Of a stretch of DNA of 64,000 bases, positions 36,893-48,838 are shown in pieces. The notes under the pieces are model-generated. The model saw nothing but the letters and a program-made list of their open reading frames with translations. It was not told the DNA's origin and did not search any database. Each line of letters begins with the position of its first letter. Position 1 is the stretch's first letter. The DNA lies in the NCBI GenBank assembly GCA_036278735.1, contig DASUKM010000005.1:3012-67011 (forward strand), given 5' to 3'. The position numbers were made by a program, and so were the translations under genes. Source of the stretch: Vicinamibacterales bacterium (GTDB lineage Bacteria > Acidobacteriota > Vicinamibacteria > Vicinamibacterales > 2-12-FULL-66-21).

Positions 36893-37351
36893 TCACTCCT
36901 TCCCGTTGAGCAGGTCCTTCAGCTCCGACATGAATTCGTTGATGTCGCGGAAGTGCCGGTAGACCGACGCGAAGCGGACGTAGGCCACCTTGTCGAGCCG
37001 CCGCAGCTCGTTCATCACGAAGGCGCCGACCTCCTCGGTGCTCATCTCTTTCTCGGCCTTGTCCTGCAGGGCGGACTCGACGCGGTCGGCGACCTTTTCG
37101 AGCGACGCGACGCTGACGGGCCGCTTCTCGCACGCTTTCAGGAGCCCCGCGATCAGCTTCTGCCGATCGAAGCGCTCGCGGCTGCCGTCCTTCTTGATCA
37201 CCATGTACGGGATCTCGTCGATCCGCTCGTAGCTGGTGAACCGGCGGCCGCAGTCGAGGCACTCGCGCCGGCGGCGGATCACGTCGCCTTCCTTGCTCTC
37301 GCGCGAGTCGACGACCTTGTCGCCCAGGTGCGCGCAGAAGGGGCACTTCAT
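36893..37351 (-). CDS. nrdR: Transcriptional repressor NrdR
   Basis: MKCPFC....KVVDSRE......IRRRREC..C..RFT.YE, plus an ATP-cone domain. Confidence 0.95.
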   Translation of the reverse strand: MKCPFCAHLGDKVVDSRESKEGDVIRRRRECLDCGRRFTSYERIDEIPYMVIKKDGSRERFDRQKLIAGLLKACEKRPVSVASLEKVADRVESALQDKAEKEMSTEEVGAFVMNELRRLDKVAYVRFASVYRHFRDINEFMSELKDLLNGKE

Positions 37352-38382
37352 GGCGCCGCTTCCAGTTCGGTCCGGTCGGTCCGCGCCATCTGCTGCATGC
37401 GCCCGAGACTCAAGCCCTGATGCGCCATGAGCGCGATGCCCGCGAGGGTGACGGGCACGAAGGAAATCGCGTGCAGGACGATCGCCGCCCCGACGGCGCG
37501 ATCGGTCGGCACCCCGAAAAAGGCCGTGACCGCGATCTGATACATCGCGTGAAACCCTCCGATCGCCCCCGGCGTCGGCATCGCGACGCCGACGACCAGC
37601 AGCGTCATCACCAGGAAGGAGCCCAGGTACCCGAACGTCATGTGGAACGCGCGCGACGTGCACCAGATGCCCGCCGCGATCGACAGCCACAGCGGCACCG
37701 AGAGCGCGAGCGACAGCGCGAGCCGCCGCGGCTGCCGCATGACGCCCAGGCCCTGCGCGAACGTCTCGACGAGACCCGCCACGAGGCGCGCCATTCGCGC
37801 CGGGAGCACGCGCTCCAGGCGGCCCGCCGCGCGGCCGAGCCGCTCGGGGTGGCCGGCGAGCGCGAAGAAGATCGCCAGCCCCGTCAGCGCCGCCCCGCCC
37901 GCCAGCACGCCGCCGAACTCGACCCGCGCGAACAGCACCGGGTCGCCGCCGAGGGCCTGCCGCGCGCTCCACGCCACGAACACCCCGAACAGCAGCAGCA
38001 CCGTCAACAGATCCAGCAGCCGTTCGACGACGATCGTCGCAAACGCCGCCGTCGCCGACAGCGCTTCGCGCCGCGCCAGCAGGTACGGCCGCAGCACTTC
38101 TCCCGCGCGGGCCGGCAGCAGAAAGCTCGCCGCAAACCCGATGATCGTCGTCTCGAGCGCCGTGCGAAAGCGCGCGTGGCCGATCGGCGCGAGCAGATAT
38201 TGCCAGCGATACGCCCGGATCACGTAGGTCACGGCGGTCGCCGCCAGCGCGAGCAGCAGCAGCGGGAGGCGCGCGCGGCGCGTTTCGTTCCAAACCCCGG
38301 CGACATCCGCATGCCGGAAGAAAAACGCCAGCAGGCCAACCGTCAACAGCAGGATCAGGACCGCCCGGAGTGGAAACCGCAT
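37348..38382 (-). CDS. Flippase-like membrane protein (UPF0104 / lysylphosphatidylglycerol-synthase TM-domain family)
   Basis: ATG at 38382. About 8 TM segments. RAYRWQYLL and [15 protein letters not shown] are typical of this family (recall-based). Confidence 0.65.
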   Translation of the reverse strand: MRFPLRAVLILLLTVGLLAFFFRHADVAGVWNETRRARLPLLLLALAATAVTYVIRAYRWQYLLAPIGHARFRTALETTIIGFAASFLLPARAGEVLRPYLLARREALSATAAFATIVVERLLDLLTVLLLFGVFVAWSARQALGGDPVLFARVEFGGVLAGGAALTGLAIFFALAGHPERLGRAAGRLERVLPARMARLVAGLVETFAQGLGVMRQPRRLALSLALSVPLWLSIAAGIWCTSRAFHMTFGYLGSFLVMTLLVVGVAMPTPGAIGGFHAMYQIAVTAFFGVPTDRAVGAAIVLHAISFVPVTLAGIALMAHQGLSLGRMQQMARTDRTELEAAP

Positions 38383-38521
38383 GAGCGCCGGTAGCGGGAT
38401 TATAGCGATATTCCCGCGTGTTCTGTCGAATGACCTCTGCCGCACCGCCGCGAACGCGCTCGCGCGGCTTCGTCCCCTCTCGCGTTTTGATGTAAGCTGA
38501 CCGCTCTTCCACGAGGCTCCC

Positions 38522-39487
38522 GTGATCACCACTGCTCCATTGCTCGAGACCCACTTTGCCGGCCTCACGCTGCACGGCCGCGGCAAGGTGCGCGACATCT
38601 ACCGCGTCGGCGACGACCTGCTGATCGTCACGACCGATCGCATTTCCGCGTTCGACTACGTCCTCGGTTCCGGCATTCCCGACAAGGGCAAGGTGCTCAA
38701 CCAGCTCTCGGCGTTCTGGTTCGACCGGATGGCCACGCTGGTGCCGCACCATGTCCTGACGATCGACGCGGACGCGTTTCCGCCGGCGCTGCGCCCGCAC
38801 GCCGACGTGCTGCGCGGCCGGTCGATGCTCGTCCGCCGCACGCGCCCGGTGCCGATCGAATGCGTGGCGCGCGGCTACCTGTCGGGATCCGGCTGGAAGG
38901 AGTACCAGCAGACGGGCCGCGTCTGCGGCATCGAGCTGCCCAAGGGGCTGCGCGAGTCGGATCGGCTGCCCGCGCCGATCTTCACGCCCGCGACCAAGGC
39001 GGAAAGCGGCCACGACGAGAACATCAGCGCGGATCGCGCCGCCGCGATCGTCGGACGCGATCTGATTACGCGCCTGCGCGACCTGACGCTCGAGATCTAT
39101 CGCCGCGGCTGCGCGCACGCCGAATCCAAGGGGATCATCATCGCCGATACCAAGCTCGAATTTGGGCTGGCGCCAGCCAGCCCACATTCGTCCCGCCGAA
39201 GCGCCGAAGGCGCGAAGGCGGACGGCGCGAACTTGATCGGCGACGAGGAGATCGTCCTGATCGACGAGGTCCTGACGCCCGATTCCTCGCGCTTCTGGCC
39301 GAAGGACGAGTACCGGCCGGGGCACGGCGTCCCGAGCTTCGACAAGCAGTACGTGCGCGACTACCTCGAAGAGATTCACTGGAACAAGCAGCCGCCGGTC
39401 CCCTCGCTGCCCGACCCCGTCGTGCAGCGGACCCGCGAGAAGTACGTCGAGGCCTTCCGCCGGCTGAGCGGCGGGGACCTGGCGTAA
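38522..39487 (+). CDS. purC: Phosphoribosylaminoimidazole-succinocarboxamide synthase
   Basis: GTG start. GKVRDIY...TDRISAFD...ARGYLSGS...ADTKLEFG...[12 protein letters not shown]. Confidence 0.9.
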   Translation: MITTAPLLETHFAGLTLHGRGKVRDIYRVGDDLLIVTTDRISAFDYVLGSGIPDKGKVLNQLSAFWFDRMATLVPHHVLTIDADAFPPALRPHADVLRGRSMLVRRTRPVPIECVARGYLSGSGWKEYQQTGRVCGIELPKGLRESDRLPAPIFTPATKAESGHDENISADRAAAIVGRDLITRLRDLTLEIYRRGCAHAESKGIIIADTKLEFGLAPASPHSSRRSAEGAKADGANLIGDEEIVLIDEVLTPDSSRFWPKDEYRPGHGVPSFDKQYVRDYLEEIHWNKQPPVPSLPDPVVQRTREKYVEAFRRLSGGDLA

Positions 39488-39495
39488 GCGGCGCC

Positions 39496-39705
39496 GTGCG
39501 CGACCAACTCGAACGCCTCGTGCAGGAAATGCTCGACCGGGGCGTCCTGTACGAGGATGCGCGCCGCGAGTTCGAGAAGATGTTCATCGCGCGCGCGCTG
39601 CAACGCTGCAAGGGAGGGGTCGGCGAGGCGGCCGACCTGCTCGGGCTGCACCGCAACACCGTGGCGCGAAAGATGTCGGAATACCGCCTGAAACGCTCCA
39701 GCTAG
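39496..39705 (+). CDS. Small Fis-family DNA-binding protein (HTH_8)
   Basis: GTG at 39496, 9 nt after the purC stop. The C-terminal [16 protein letters not shown] is the Fis-type HTH. Confidence 0.6.
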   Translation: MRDQLERLVQEMLDRGVLYEDARREFEKMFIARALQRCKGGVGEAADLLGLHRNTVARKMSEYRLKRSS

Positions 39706-39747
39706 CCTTCCCCTCCGGCTCGACTGGCAGTCCCCCGCCGAGACTGC

Positions 39748-39778
39748 TTGACAAGCCCGCCGGCACTTTCGATACAAT
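39748..39778 (+). promoter_or_regulatory. Candidate sigma-70 promoter of groESL (TTGACA ... TACAAT)
   Basis: TTGACA lies at 39748-39753 and TACAAT at 39773-39778. The 19-bp spacer is longer than optimal. It lies directly upstream of, and abuts, CIRCE. Confidence 0.45.
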
Positions 39779-39804
39779 TAGCAGTCGGTCCCGTTGAGTG
39801 CTAA
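39778..39804 (+). promoter_or_regulatory. CIRCE operator (HrcA binding site)
   Basis: TTAGCAGTC-ggtcccgtt-GAGTGCTAA versus the consensus TTAGCACTC-N9-GAGTGCTAA: one mismatch. It sits upstream of groES. Confidence 0.85.
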
Positions 39805-39889
39805 CCCACGGGAGGCCGTCCGGGACCACCGGCATTCTCGTTACCCCGGTTCATTCACACAACTTCTCTTTGGTGGAGTGGCAAGCGCT

Positions 39890-40204
39890 ATGGCAACTGC
39901 GACGCAAACGTCAGTGAAGATCCGTCCCCTGCACGATCGCGTGATCGTGCAGCGCCTCGAGGAAGGCGAACAGAAGGTGGGCGGCATCATCATCCCCGAC
40001 ACGGCGAAGGAAAAGCCGCAGCAGGGCAAGGTGATCGCCGTCGGCAAGGGCAAGGTCGAGAAGGACGGCAAGGTGACCCCGCTCGACGTCAAGGAAGGGG
40101 ACACCATCCTCTTCGGCAAGTACTCCGGCCAGGAAATCAAGATGGACGGCGAGGAGTACCTGATCATGCGCGAGGAAGAAATCCTCGGCGTCGTGACGAA
40201 GTAG
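39890..40204 (+). CDS. groES: Co-chaperonin GroES
   Basis: ATG at 39890. [15 protein letters not shown]...[19 protein letters not shown]. Confidence 0.97.
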   Translation: MATATQTSVKIRPLHDRVIVQRLEEGEQKVGGIIIPDTAKEKPQQGKVIAVGKGKVEKDGKVTPLDVKEGDTILFGKYSGQEIKMDGEEYLIMREEEILGVVTK

Positions 40205-40239
40205 GCCGGTTCGCCCAGTCGACATCACTCGTGAACTGA

Positions 40240-41880
<1,641 letters not shown>

Positions 41881-42020
41881 ATTGCCGATTGGCGATTGGC
41901 GATTGCCGATTGAATTGGCGATGGCCGATTGGCGATTGACGGATTGCCGATTGGGGATTGGATTGACGGATTGCCGATTGGGATTGGCGATTGGCGATTG
42001 GATTTGATTGGCGATTGATG
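41881..42020. repeat. Degenerate (GATTGSC)n heptamer array immediately after the groEL stop
   Basis: attgccg attggcg attggcg attgccg attgaat..., read directly from the sequence. It is the same heptamer family as 11961-12415. Confidence 0.85.
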
Positions 42021-42021
42021 A

Positions 42022-42052
42022 TTGGCCGGCGGGACAGGTTCCCGCCGGCCAA
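42022..42052 (+). terminator. 13-bp GC-rich stem-loop; likely groESL terminator
   Basis: TTGGCCGGCGGGA-caggt-TCCCGCCGGCCAA, with pairing checked base by base. It is followed by tgctgttcg, a weak T-tract. Confidence 0.6.
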
Positions 42053-42160
42053 TGCTGTTCGTAGGCCGGGTCTTCAGGATTCGGCGACCGCCCTCCGCGC
42101 CCCGCCCCCCGCCCTCTCGCAACTGGACAGAGGCCGACGATCGCGGTAAGTGTACGGGTT

Positions 42161-44122
42161 GTGAAACCGCTGATCCTCGCTCTCTGCGTTCTCGCCCTCT
42201 CGCCGGGTCTGAGCGCCCGACCTGCCCGTCTGACGACCAGCGGCGCCGCGCGTGCGCAGGCGCCGGGGCCGCAGCCCGCGCCGATGCCGGCGCCCGTCCC
42301 TCCACCGCAGGACCGCGCCTATCCGGGGGTCCTCCACCTGACCGTCGACGCGACCGATCTCGATCACCGCATCTTCACCGTGCACGAAACCATTCCCGTG
42401 CAGACGGCGGGTCCGATGATCCTGCTCTACCCGCAATGGCTGCCGGGCAACCACGCGCCGAATGGGCCGCTGCAGGAGATTGGCGGACTGATCTTCCACG
42501 CGAATGGCCAGCGGCTGGCGTGGACGCGCGATCCCGTGAACGTCTTCGCCTTCCACATCGACGTCCCGTCGGGCGCGACCGCGGTCGACGCCGACTTCCA
42601 GCGGCTCACGCCGGTCGATGCGCGCGTCGGGCGCATCACGATGACATCGAAGATGATCGACCTCCAGTGGAACGGCGTCGCGCTCTACCCGGCCGGCTAC
42701 TTCTCGCGCGACATCACCGTCGCGCCGGCCGTGCGGGTTCCCGACGGATGGCACATCGGCACCGCGCTCGACACGGCCTCGACCAGCGGCAGCACGACGA
42801 CGTTCGAGCCGGTGACGTTCAACACGCTGGTCGACTCGCCGCTCTACGCCGGCGAGTACTTCACGCGCTTCGACCTCGATCCCGGCGGCCCCGCCCCCGT
42901 CCACCTCGACGTGATGGCGGACCGGCCCGACCAGCTCGAGGCGTCCAGCGAGGCGCTCGCGGCGCACCGCGCGCTGGTCGATCAGGCGTACAAGCTGTTC
43001 GGCTCGCATCATTACGCGCATTACGACTTCCTGTTTTCGCTGAGCGACGAGCTCGGCGGCAGCGGCCTCGAGCATCACCAGTCCAGCGAAGACGGCACCG
43101 GCGCCGATTACTTCACCGACTGGAAGGACAGCTTCACCGGCCGCGACCTGCTCGCCCACGAATACACGCACTCCTGGAACGGGAAGTTCCGGCGGCCCGC
43201 CGACCTCTGGACGCCCAACTTCAACGTGCCGATGCGCGACAGCCTGCTCTGGGTCTACGAAGGGCAGACGCAGTATTGGGGCTACGTGCTGGCCGCGCGC
43301 GCCGGCCTGTGGACGAAACAGCAGGCGCTCGACGCGATCGCCGACGTGGCCGCCACCTACGACCACCGCATCGGCCGCACGTGGCGGCAGCTCGCAGACA
43401 CGACCAACGATCCGATCGTCGCGAATCGCCGTCCACAGTCCTGGCGGAGCTGGCAGCGCAGCGAAGACTATTACTCGGAAGGGCAGCTGATCTGGCTCGA
43501 CGCCGACACGCTGATCCGCGAGCGCTCGAACGGCGCGAAGTCGCTCGACGATTTCGCCCGGAGCTTCTTCGGCATCGACAACGGCAGCGACGTGACGGTC
43601 ACCTACACGTTCGACGACGTCGTGAAGGCGCTGAACGCGGTGGTGCCGTACGACTGGGCCACCTTCCTGCACACGCGTCTGCAGGGACACGGCCCCGGCG
43701 CGCCGCTCGACGGCATCACACGCGGCGGATACGGGCTCGTCTACACCGACACGCCGTCCGCGTTCACGCGCGCGAGCGAGCAGCGCCGGCACACGGTGGA
43801 CCTGACGTACTCGCTCGGCCTTACGGTGTCGCGCGACGCGACGCTGAGCAACGTGCTGTGGGATGGACCCGCCTTCGAGGCGGGACTCACCGACGGGGCC
43901 AGGCTCCTGTCGGTGAACGGCGCCGCCTACGACGGCGATCTCTTGAAGACGACGGTCACGGCGGCAAAGTCGTCGAAGACCCCCATCGCGCTCACGGTGC
44001 AATCCGGCAACCGGGTCTGGACCGTGCAGATCGCCTATCACGACGGTCTGCGCTATCCGCATCTCGAGCGCGAGCCGAAGACGCCCGCGCGTCTCGACGA
44101 GATTCTGGCGCCGAAACGGTAG
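42161..44122 (+). CDS. M61-family glycyl aminopeptidase with C-terminal PDZ-like domain
   Basis: Signal peptide. HEYTHSWNGKF zinc motif (HExxH). Length and C-terminal region fit peptidase M61 (recall-based). Confidence 0.75.
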   Translation: MKPLILALCVLALSPGLSARPARLTTSGAARAQAPGPQPAPMPAPVPPPQDRAYPGVLHLTVDATDLDHRIFTVHETIPVQTAGPMILLYPQWLPGNHAPNGPLQEIGGLIFHANGQRLAWTRDPVNVFAFHIDVPSGATAVDADFQRLTPVDARVGRITMTSKMIDLQWNGVALYPAGYFSRDITVAPAVRVPDGWHIGTALDTASTSGSTTTFEPVTFNTLVDSPLYAGEYFTRFDLDPGGPAPVHLDVMADRPDQLEASSEALAAHRALVDQAYKLFGSHHYAHYDFLFSLSDELGGSGLEHHQSSEDGTGADYFTDWKDSFTGRDLLAHEYTHSWNGKFRRPADLWTPNFNVPMRDSLLWVYEGQTQYWGYVLAARAGLWTKQQALDAIADVAATYDHRIGRTWRQLADTTNDPIVANRRPQSWRSWQRSEDYYSEGQLIWLDADTLIRERSNGAKSLDDFARSFFGIDNGSDVTVTYTFDDVVKALNAVVPYDWATFLHTRLQGHGPGAPLDGITRGGYGLVYTDTPSAFTRASEQRRHTVDLTYSLGLTVSRDATLSNVLWDGPAFEAGLTDGARLLSVNGAAYDGDLLKTTVTAAKSSKTPIALTVQSGNRVWTVQIAYHDGLRYPHLEREPKTPARLDEILAPKR

Positions 44123-44134
44123 GAAGAACGGGGC

Positions 44135-45916
44135 TCAACGATTCGTCGCGGCGCTTCGCCTCTGAAGATGCACGTAGGCGACGCGGAATCCGCGTGGATG
44201 GGGGGCCGTCGATCCCAGCATCAGCGCATTGCCGCGCCGCCGCCAGGCGCCGGCGGGCAGTTCCAGGCGGCACGTGCCGATCCGATCCGGCTGGGAATTC
44301 GGCTGGCATGGGGCCAGCAGCCGTCCATTGAACGTCACCTGGATGGGGTCGAGGGATTCGCCCGCGCGCACGGGCGCGGTCGAGGGATCGACCCGCAGGG
44401 TCGCCTCGTAGATCGCCCGCTCGGGCAGCGGTACGGCAATCCATGCGCGGGCGCCGCTCGCGACGCGCGTGGCAAACCCTCCACCGTCGTCGATGCGCCA
44501 TTCCGATCCAAAGAACGGGCTGTCTCCGCGTCCCGCCACGATCGTCACGGCGCCGTCGCTGCGCAGCGCCTCCCGCGCCGCCAGAACGGGCAGCACGCGA
44601 ACGATCACCGTCCAGCCGATTCCGCCGCAGACGAGGGCGGCGGCGGCGCCCACGAGCCACCGACGTCCCAGCCTCCAGGGCACCCCTCCCTTCCACAGCC
44701 GTTGCACGCCTTGCGCGGCGGCGACGGGCGGCAGGCACGCGGCGAGAAGGAAGAAGGGATACGCATGCTCCGTAAACCGCCAGTCCGCGCTCAACCGCCA
44801 GGTGGCCGCGAAGGGCGCGAGCGACGTCACCAGGACGAGCAGCAGCAGGAGTCCGTCCGTCGAGGCGGCAAACAGGCACAGCCCGCCGAGCGCAAGCCAC
44901 TCGAGATATGCGCCGGAACCGCGCCACCAGCCCTCGAAGCCGTGCCATTTGTTCGTAAACGGATAGGTCGTGAGGCCGAGTGCCACGGTCTGGATCGTCC
45001 GGATTGGCTCGTGGCGCAGGTGGCCGAGCAGATAGCCGCGTGCGGTGGGGGCCGCAACCCCGCCTGCCCCTTCGGCCGCTTCGTAGACGGAGGCGTGCAC
45101 GTTGATCGAGTACAGGGGATCGCCGAACACCAGCCAGCAGTCGACGAGAAACGGGCCGACCAGCACCAGCATCACCGCGCAGGCCACGGCGGTCCCCTTC
45201 CAGGCCGTCCGCGACCTGGCGTGCCACAGCGCCACGGCCAGCAGGCCCGGCACGATGAACGACAGTGCCGTAATCCGCACGAGACATCCCGCCCCCGCCG
45301 CCAGCCCGGCGATCGCGGCGGACCGCATGTCGGGCCGTCGCCGGAAGGCGATCAGGGCCAGCGCGATGAACACCACCGCGCACGTGAACGCATCGTCGCG
45401 CCAGCCCCCCACGTTCCACGTCACTACCTCGTACTCGATGGCCAGCAGGACTGCGGCCCCCAGACCGACCGCATAGGAAAATGCCGCCCGGCCGAGCAGG
45501 AACGTGCCGAACACCGCGAGTACGCCAAACGCGGCCGAGGCAAAGCTGACGGCGACGTCCTGATCCGCAAAGATCCGCAAGGACACCTTCGTGGCGAACG
45601 GAAACAGCGGCTCGCGCCGGTGCGCCGCGAAGAAGTGGCGCATGCTCCTGGCATATTCGAGATACGTGTAGGGATCGCTGCGGTATCGCGTGGGAGGGCC
45701 GTCGCGATGGGGAAACGCCGGCGACGGGTTCCAGCGAAAGGACGTGGGCCGAAGGCGTCCGGGAACGTCGAGCGCCTGCTGGAGCGATCGAACGATGGCC
45801 GGGCGCGTCACGGGCCCGTAGATTTCGGTGATGGCGTCGAGCCGAAGCACGGCCGCGTACGAGACAACCGCGGCAACGAGTGCCACGTCGATCGTTCGGC
45901 GGAGGCGCGGCGACAC
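44135..45916 (-). CDS. Polytopic membrane protein, GT-C (ArnT/PMT-like) glycosyltransferase-like
   Basis: GTG start. More than 10 TM segments followed by a soluble C-terminal domain. The family assignment is tentative. Confidence 0.5.
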   Translation of the reverse strand: MSPRLRRTIDVALVAAVVSYAAVLRLDAITEIYGPVTRPAIVRSLQQALDVPGRLRPTSFRWNPSPAFPHRDGPPTRYRSDPYTYLEYARSMRHFFAAHRREPLFPFATKVSLRIFADQDVAVSFASAAFGVLAVFGTFLLGRAAFSYAVGLGAAVLLAIEYEVVTWNVGGWRDDAFTCAVVFIALALIAFRRRPDMRSAAIAGLAAGAGCLVRITALSFIVPGLLAVALWHARSRTAWKGTAVACAVMLVLVGPFLVDCWLVFGDPLYSINVHASVYEAAEGAGGVAAPTARGYLLGHLRHEPIRTIQTVALGLTTYPFTNKWHGFEGWWRGSGAYLEWLALGGLCLFAASTDGLLLLLVLVTSLAPFAATWRLSADWRFTEHAYPFFLLAACLPPVAAAQGVQRLWKGGVPWRLGRRWLVGAAAALVCGGIGWTVIVRVLPVLAAREALRSDGAVTIVAGRGDSPFFGSEWRIDDGGGFATRVASGARAWIAVPLPERAIYEATLRVDPSTAPVRAGESLDPIQVTFNGRLLAPCQPNSQPDRIGTCRLELPAGAWRRRGNALMLGSTAPHPRGFRVAYVHLQRRSAATNR

Positions 45917-45949
45917 GCGATTGGTGTGCAGTGCTCGCGCCCGCCGGTT

Positions 45950-46864
45950 CTATCGGAGCGTGAACTGCAGTTCGACGCTGACGAGCGTGGCGACGGGCTG
46001 TCCGTTGCGGAGGCCCGGGCGGAATCGCCACTGCTTGACGGCTTTGATCGCCTCCTGATCGAGGCCGAACGCTGAATCGAGCGACCGGGTGATCTGCACG
46101 TTTCCGACCGAGCCGTCGGGCAGCACGACCGCCTGCATTTCGACGGTCCCCTGCAGCTTCGCTCGCATCGCGTCGCCCGTGTATTGCGGCTTCACTTCCT
46201 TGACGAGCACCGGCCACGTGACCCCGTTCCCGGGCTGATAGACGCCGCCACCGGTTCCGCCGCCGGAGCCCGGCCCGAGGCCATTGCCACTCCCCGGGCC
46301 CATGCCTGCACCGGTGCCGCCGCCGGCCCCCGTCATCGTGCCGTTGGCGAGCGAGGTCGTCGGGGGCAGCGACTCGACGACGCCCGGCAGTTGCTGGACG
46401 CCGGAGGCCATCTGCTGCACGGGGATGTCCATCTTCTGCTCGACCGGCGGGATGTCCTTCGGCTTGATCGGATTTTCGATCTTCCGTGGCTTGGCGACGG
46501 GAACGGTAATTTTGTCTGCGCCCTCGGCCTCTGCCTTGCGCGGCGGCTCCGGCGACTTGTTTCCGCCGCCCCCCCCGCCCCCGCCCGGCCCGGGTTGCTG
46601 CAGGAACACGAGCTCGTAATTGGGGATCGCGGTCGTCGCCTTCTCCACGATGCCCGGACGCGTCATGATGAACAGCAGCAGCGCGAACACCACCACGTGG
46701 GCCGCCAGCGAGAAACCGGACGCGCGCAGACTCCGGCCCCACCGGCTCAACAGAGACGCCGGAGCGGGCGTATCGCCAGCGAGAAAATGCGCGTTGGGAC
46801 TCGTGCCCTGCCGTTCAGGCATGCGGACGTTCAGCGGATCGGGGATCGAAGCTCTAGATGCCAT
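45950..46864 (-). CDS. TonB-family energy transducer-like protein
   Basis: One TM segment, a Pro/Gly-rich spacer (GPGGGGGGGGNKSPEPPRKAE...) and a C-terminal TonB_C-like domain (...GTVEMQAVVLPDGSVGNVQITRSLD..FGLDQEAIKAVKQWRFRPG). The start is taken at ATG 46864. Confidence 0.7.
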   Translation of the reverse strand: MASRASIPDPLNVRMPERQGTSPNAHFLAGDTPAPASLLSRWGRSLRASGFSLAAHVVVFALLLFIMTRPGIVEKATTAIPNYELVFLQQPGPGGGGGGGGNKSPEPPRKAEAEGADKITVPVAKPRKIENPIKPKDIPPVEQKMDIPVQQMASGVQQLPGVVESLPPTTSLANGTMTGAGGGTGAGMGPGSGNGLGPGSGGGTGGGVYQPGNGVTWPVLVKEVKPQYTGDAMRAKLQGTVEMQAVVLPDGSVGNVQITRSLDSAFGLDQEAIKAVKQWRFRPGLRNGQPVATLVSVELQFTLR

Positions 46865-46986
46865 TGTGGCTGACCCGCTTCGGATCCGCAACTGCTGCAA
46901 TTCGGATGCCTCGGCCGCACCAGAAAGATCTCCCACCCGGGACGGCGCCAAACCGGGCATGCGTCATCTTGTTAGGACGCCGGCGA

Positions 46987-47069
46987 CAGCCCCGTGGGTC
47001 AGCCCGTGGGTCAGCCCCGTGGGTCAGCCCTGTGGGTCAGCCCCGTGGGTCAGCCTTTGACGGGCTGAC
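46987..47069. repeat. Five tandem 12-13-bp units CAGCCCCGTGGGT followed by hairpin GTCAGCC-tttgacg-GGCTGAC
   Basis: Units start at 46987, 47000, 47012, 47025 and 47038. The hairpin spans 47049-47069, 14 nt downstream of the stop at 47083. Confidence 0.85.
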
Positions 47070-47082
47070 GCGGCCGCTGCGC

Positions 47083-47595
47083 TCACTGCTGTCCGGCCCA
47101 GTTGACGACGTCGATTTGACGGGCGTGATTGTCGGCGAGGGCCGCCCGGACGGCCTCGAGCTGCGACGGCGTGACGTGCGCGCCGAGCAGGATCGCGCCC
47201 CGGTCAACCTCGTCCTGCAGCGCCTCGGCGCGGTCTTCCGGCACGCCGGCGCGCGAGAGCCGCGAGGCGACCCCGCCAGCCACGTGCCCGGCCGCCTCGC
47301 CCAGGCCGGCGGCGAGCGGACCGGCCGCAACAATCGGTCCAATCCCGGGCATGACGATCGCAATGGCGGCCAGGACGTAGCCGCTCAGCTCGCCCAGCCG
47401 TCCGGCCCGCCGGGAGTCCTCCACTTCGGTCCCCGGGGTCGCATCCATCTGTCCGGCCAGCGCCCCCTCTTCATCATGATTGCGCGCCAGCACCGAGATG
47501 CGATCGTGTGGAACGCCGATCGCATGGAGGGCTCGTGCCGCGGCGCCAGCCGCTGCCGCCGTATCGAACACGCCGAGCGCGAGGGGATGTGTCAT
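47083..47595 (-). CDS. Hypothetical protein, general-stress (YflT-like) N-terminal domain plus Gly-zipper membrane segment
   Basis: Clean ORF with protein-like composition. The family call is tentative. Confidence 0.45.
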   Translation of the reverse strand: MTHPLALGVFDTAAAAGAAARALHAIGVPHDRISVLARNHDEEGALAGQMDATPGTEVEDSRRAGRLGELSGYVLAAIAIVMPGIGPIVAAGPLAAGLGEAAGHVAGGVASRLSRAGVPEDRAEALQDEVDRGAILLGAHVTPSQLEAVRAALADNHARQIDVVNWAGQQ

Positions 47596-47644
47596 AAACC
47601 AGTGCCGATCTCCGTTGGGCCGGCAGGTATTCTAGCAAAGGCGG

Positions 47645-48790
47645 ATGCGCAGCTTTGACGTCGTCATCGTGGGGGCGGGGCCGGCCGGCGCGACCGCGGC
47701 GCGCGCCGCGGCGGAAGCGGGGGCCCGCGTGGCGCTCGTGGACGGGTCGCATCCGCGCGAGAAGCCGTGCGGCGGCGGGTTGACGCGGCGCGCGCTGCAG
47801 CTGACGCCGCCGGCGGTGCAATCGCAGACCGCCGTCGAGATCCGCGGCGCGCGGTTCGAAGTCGATGTGGACGCCGTGGCCGTTCCGCTGCAAGCCGGCG
47901 GCACACGCCTCCGCGTGATGTCGCGCCGCACCTTCGATCAGGCCCTGGTCGATGCCGCCGCACGCGCCGGGGCGACGCTCGTCGGCCAACGCGCCACGGC
48001 GGTGGCGCGCCACCGCGACGGTTGGACGGTGCACCTTCGCGACGGCGTCGTGACCGGATCGTGGCTGCTCGGCGCCGACGGCCCGTCAGGCATCGTCCGG
48101 CGGCAGGTCTTCCGGCCGTTTGCGCGGCGCCAGCTCTCGATCGCGGCCGGTGCCTTCGTCGAAGGGGCCACCGCCCGCGAGGTGGCGATTGCGTTTCTGG
48201 ACGAGCCGCGCGGATATCTGTGGTCGTTCCCGCGTCCCGATCACCTCGCGGTCGGCGCGTGCGCCGCGGCGGATGTGGCGACGCCCGCCGCGCTGCATGC
48301 GGTGACCGATCGCTGGCTCGACCAGCAGGCGGGAGCGCGCGGGTGCCGCCGGCGGCGATACGCGTGGCCAATCCCGTCGCTCGGCCCCGCGGATTTCGAC
48401 GGCGAGCAGCCGTCGGGGGATCGCTGGCTGCTGCTCGGGGATGCGGCAGGGCTCGTCGATCCGATTACCCGGGAAGGCATTTATTTCGCCATCCGGAGCG
48501 GCCTCGAGGCGGCCGCGGCGCTGCGCGGACCCGATCCGGCGCGCCGCTACGCCGAGGCCATCCGCCACGGCATCCACAGCGAACTGCGGCGGGCGGCCCG
48601 GTTCGAACAGGCCGTGTTCCGGCCGCGCTTTACGCGACTGCTGCTCCGCGGGCTCGTCCGAAGCGAACGGATCCGCGAGGTCATGCGCGACCTGATTGCC
48701 GGCGAACAGAGCTATCGCGGCCTGCGCCGGCGCCTGCTGGCGACGTGCGAGATCGGCCTGATGTGGAGTCTGCTCCACTCGCGCGACTGA
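47645..48790 (+). CDS. FAD-dependent oxidoreductase, geranylgeranyl reductase family
   Basis: DVVIVGAGPAGATAA dinucleotide fold, KPCGGG motif, and LLGDAAG..DP..GEGI-like motif (LLGDAAGLVDPITREGI). Confidence 0.75.
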   Translation: MRSFDVVIVGAGPAGATAARAAAEAGARVALVDGSHPREKPCGGGLTRRALQLTPPAVQSQTAVEIRGARFEVDVDAVAVPLQAGGTRLRVMSRRTFDQALVDAAARAGATLVGQRATAVARHRDGWTVHLRDGVVTGSWLLGADGPSGIVRRQVFRPFARRQLSIAAGAFVEGATAREVAIAFLDEPRGYLWSFPRPDHLAVGACAAADVATPAALHAVTDRWLDQQAGARGCRRRRYAWPIPSLGPADFDGEQPSGDRWLLLGDAAGLVDPITREGIYFAIRSGLEAAAALRGPDPARRYAEAIRHGIHSELRRAARFEQAVFRPRFTRLLLRGLVRSERIREVMRDLIAGEQSYRGLRRRLLATCEIGLMWSLLHSRD

Positions 48791-48838
48791 GCCGGCGTGA
48801 TAAGATCAGCCGTCTCCCGCGACAACTGGAGGGGCGTT

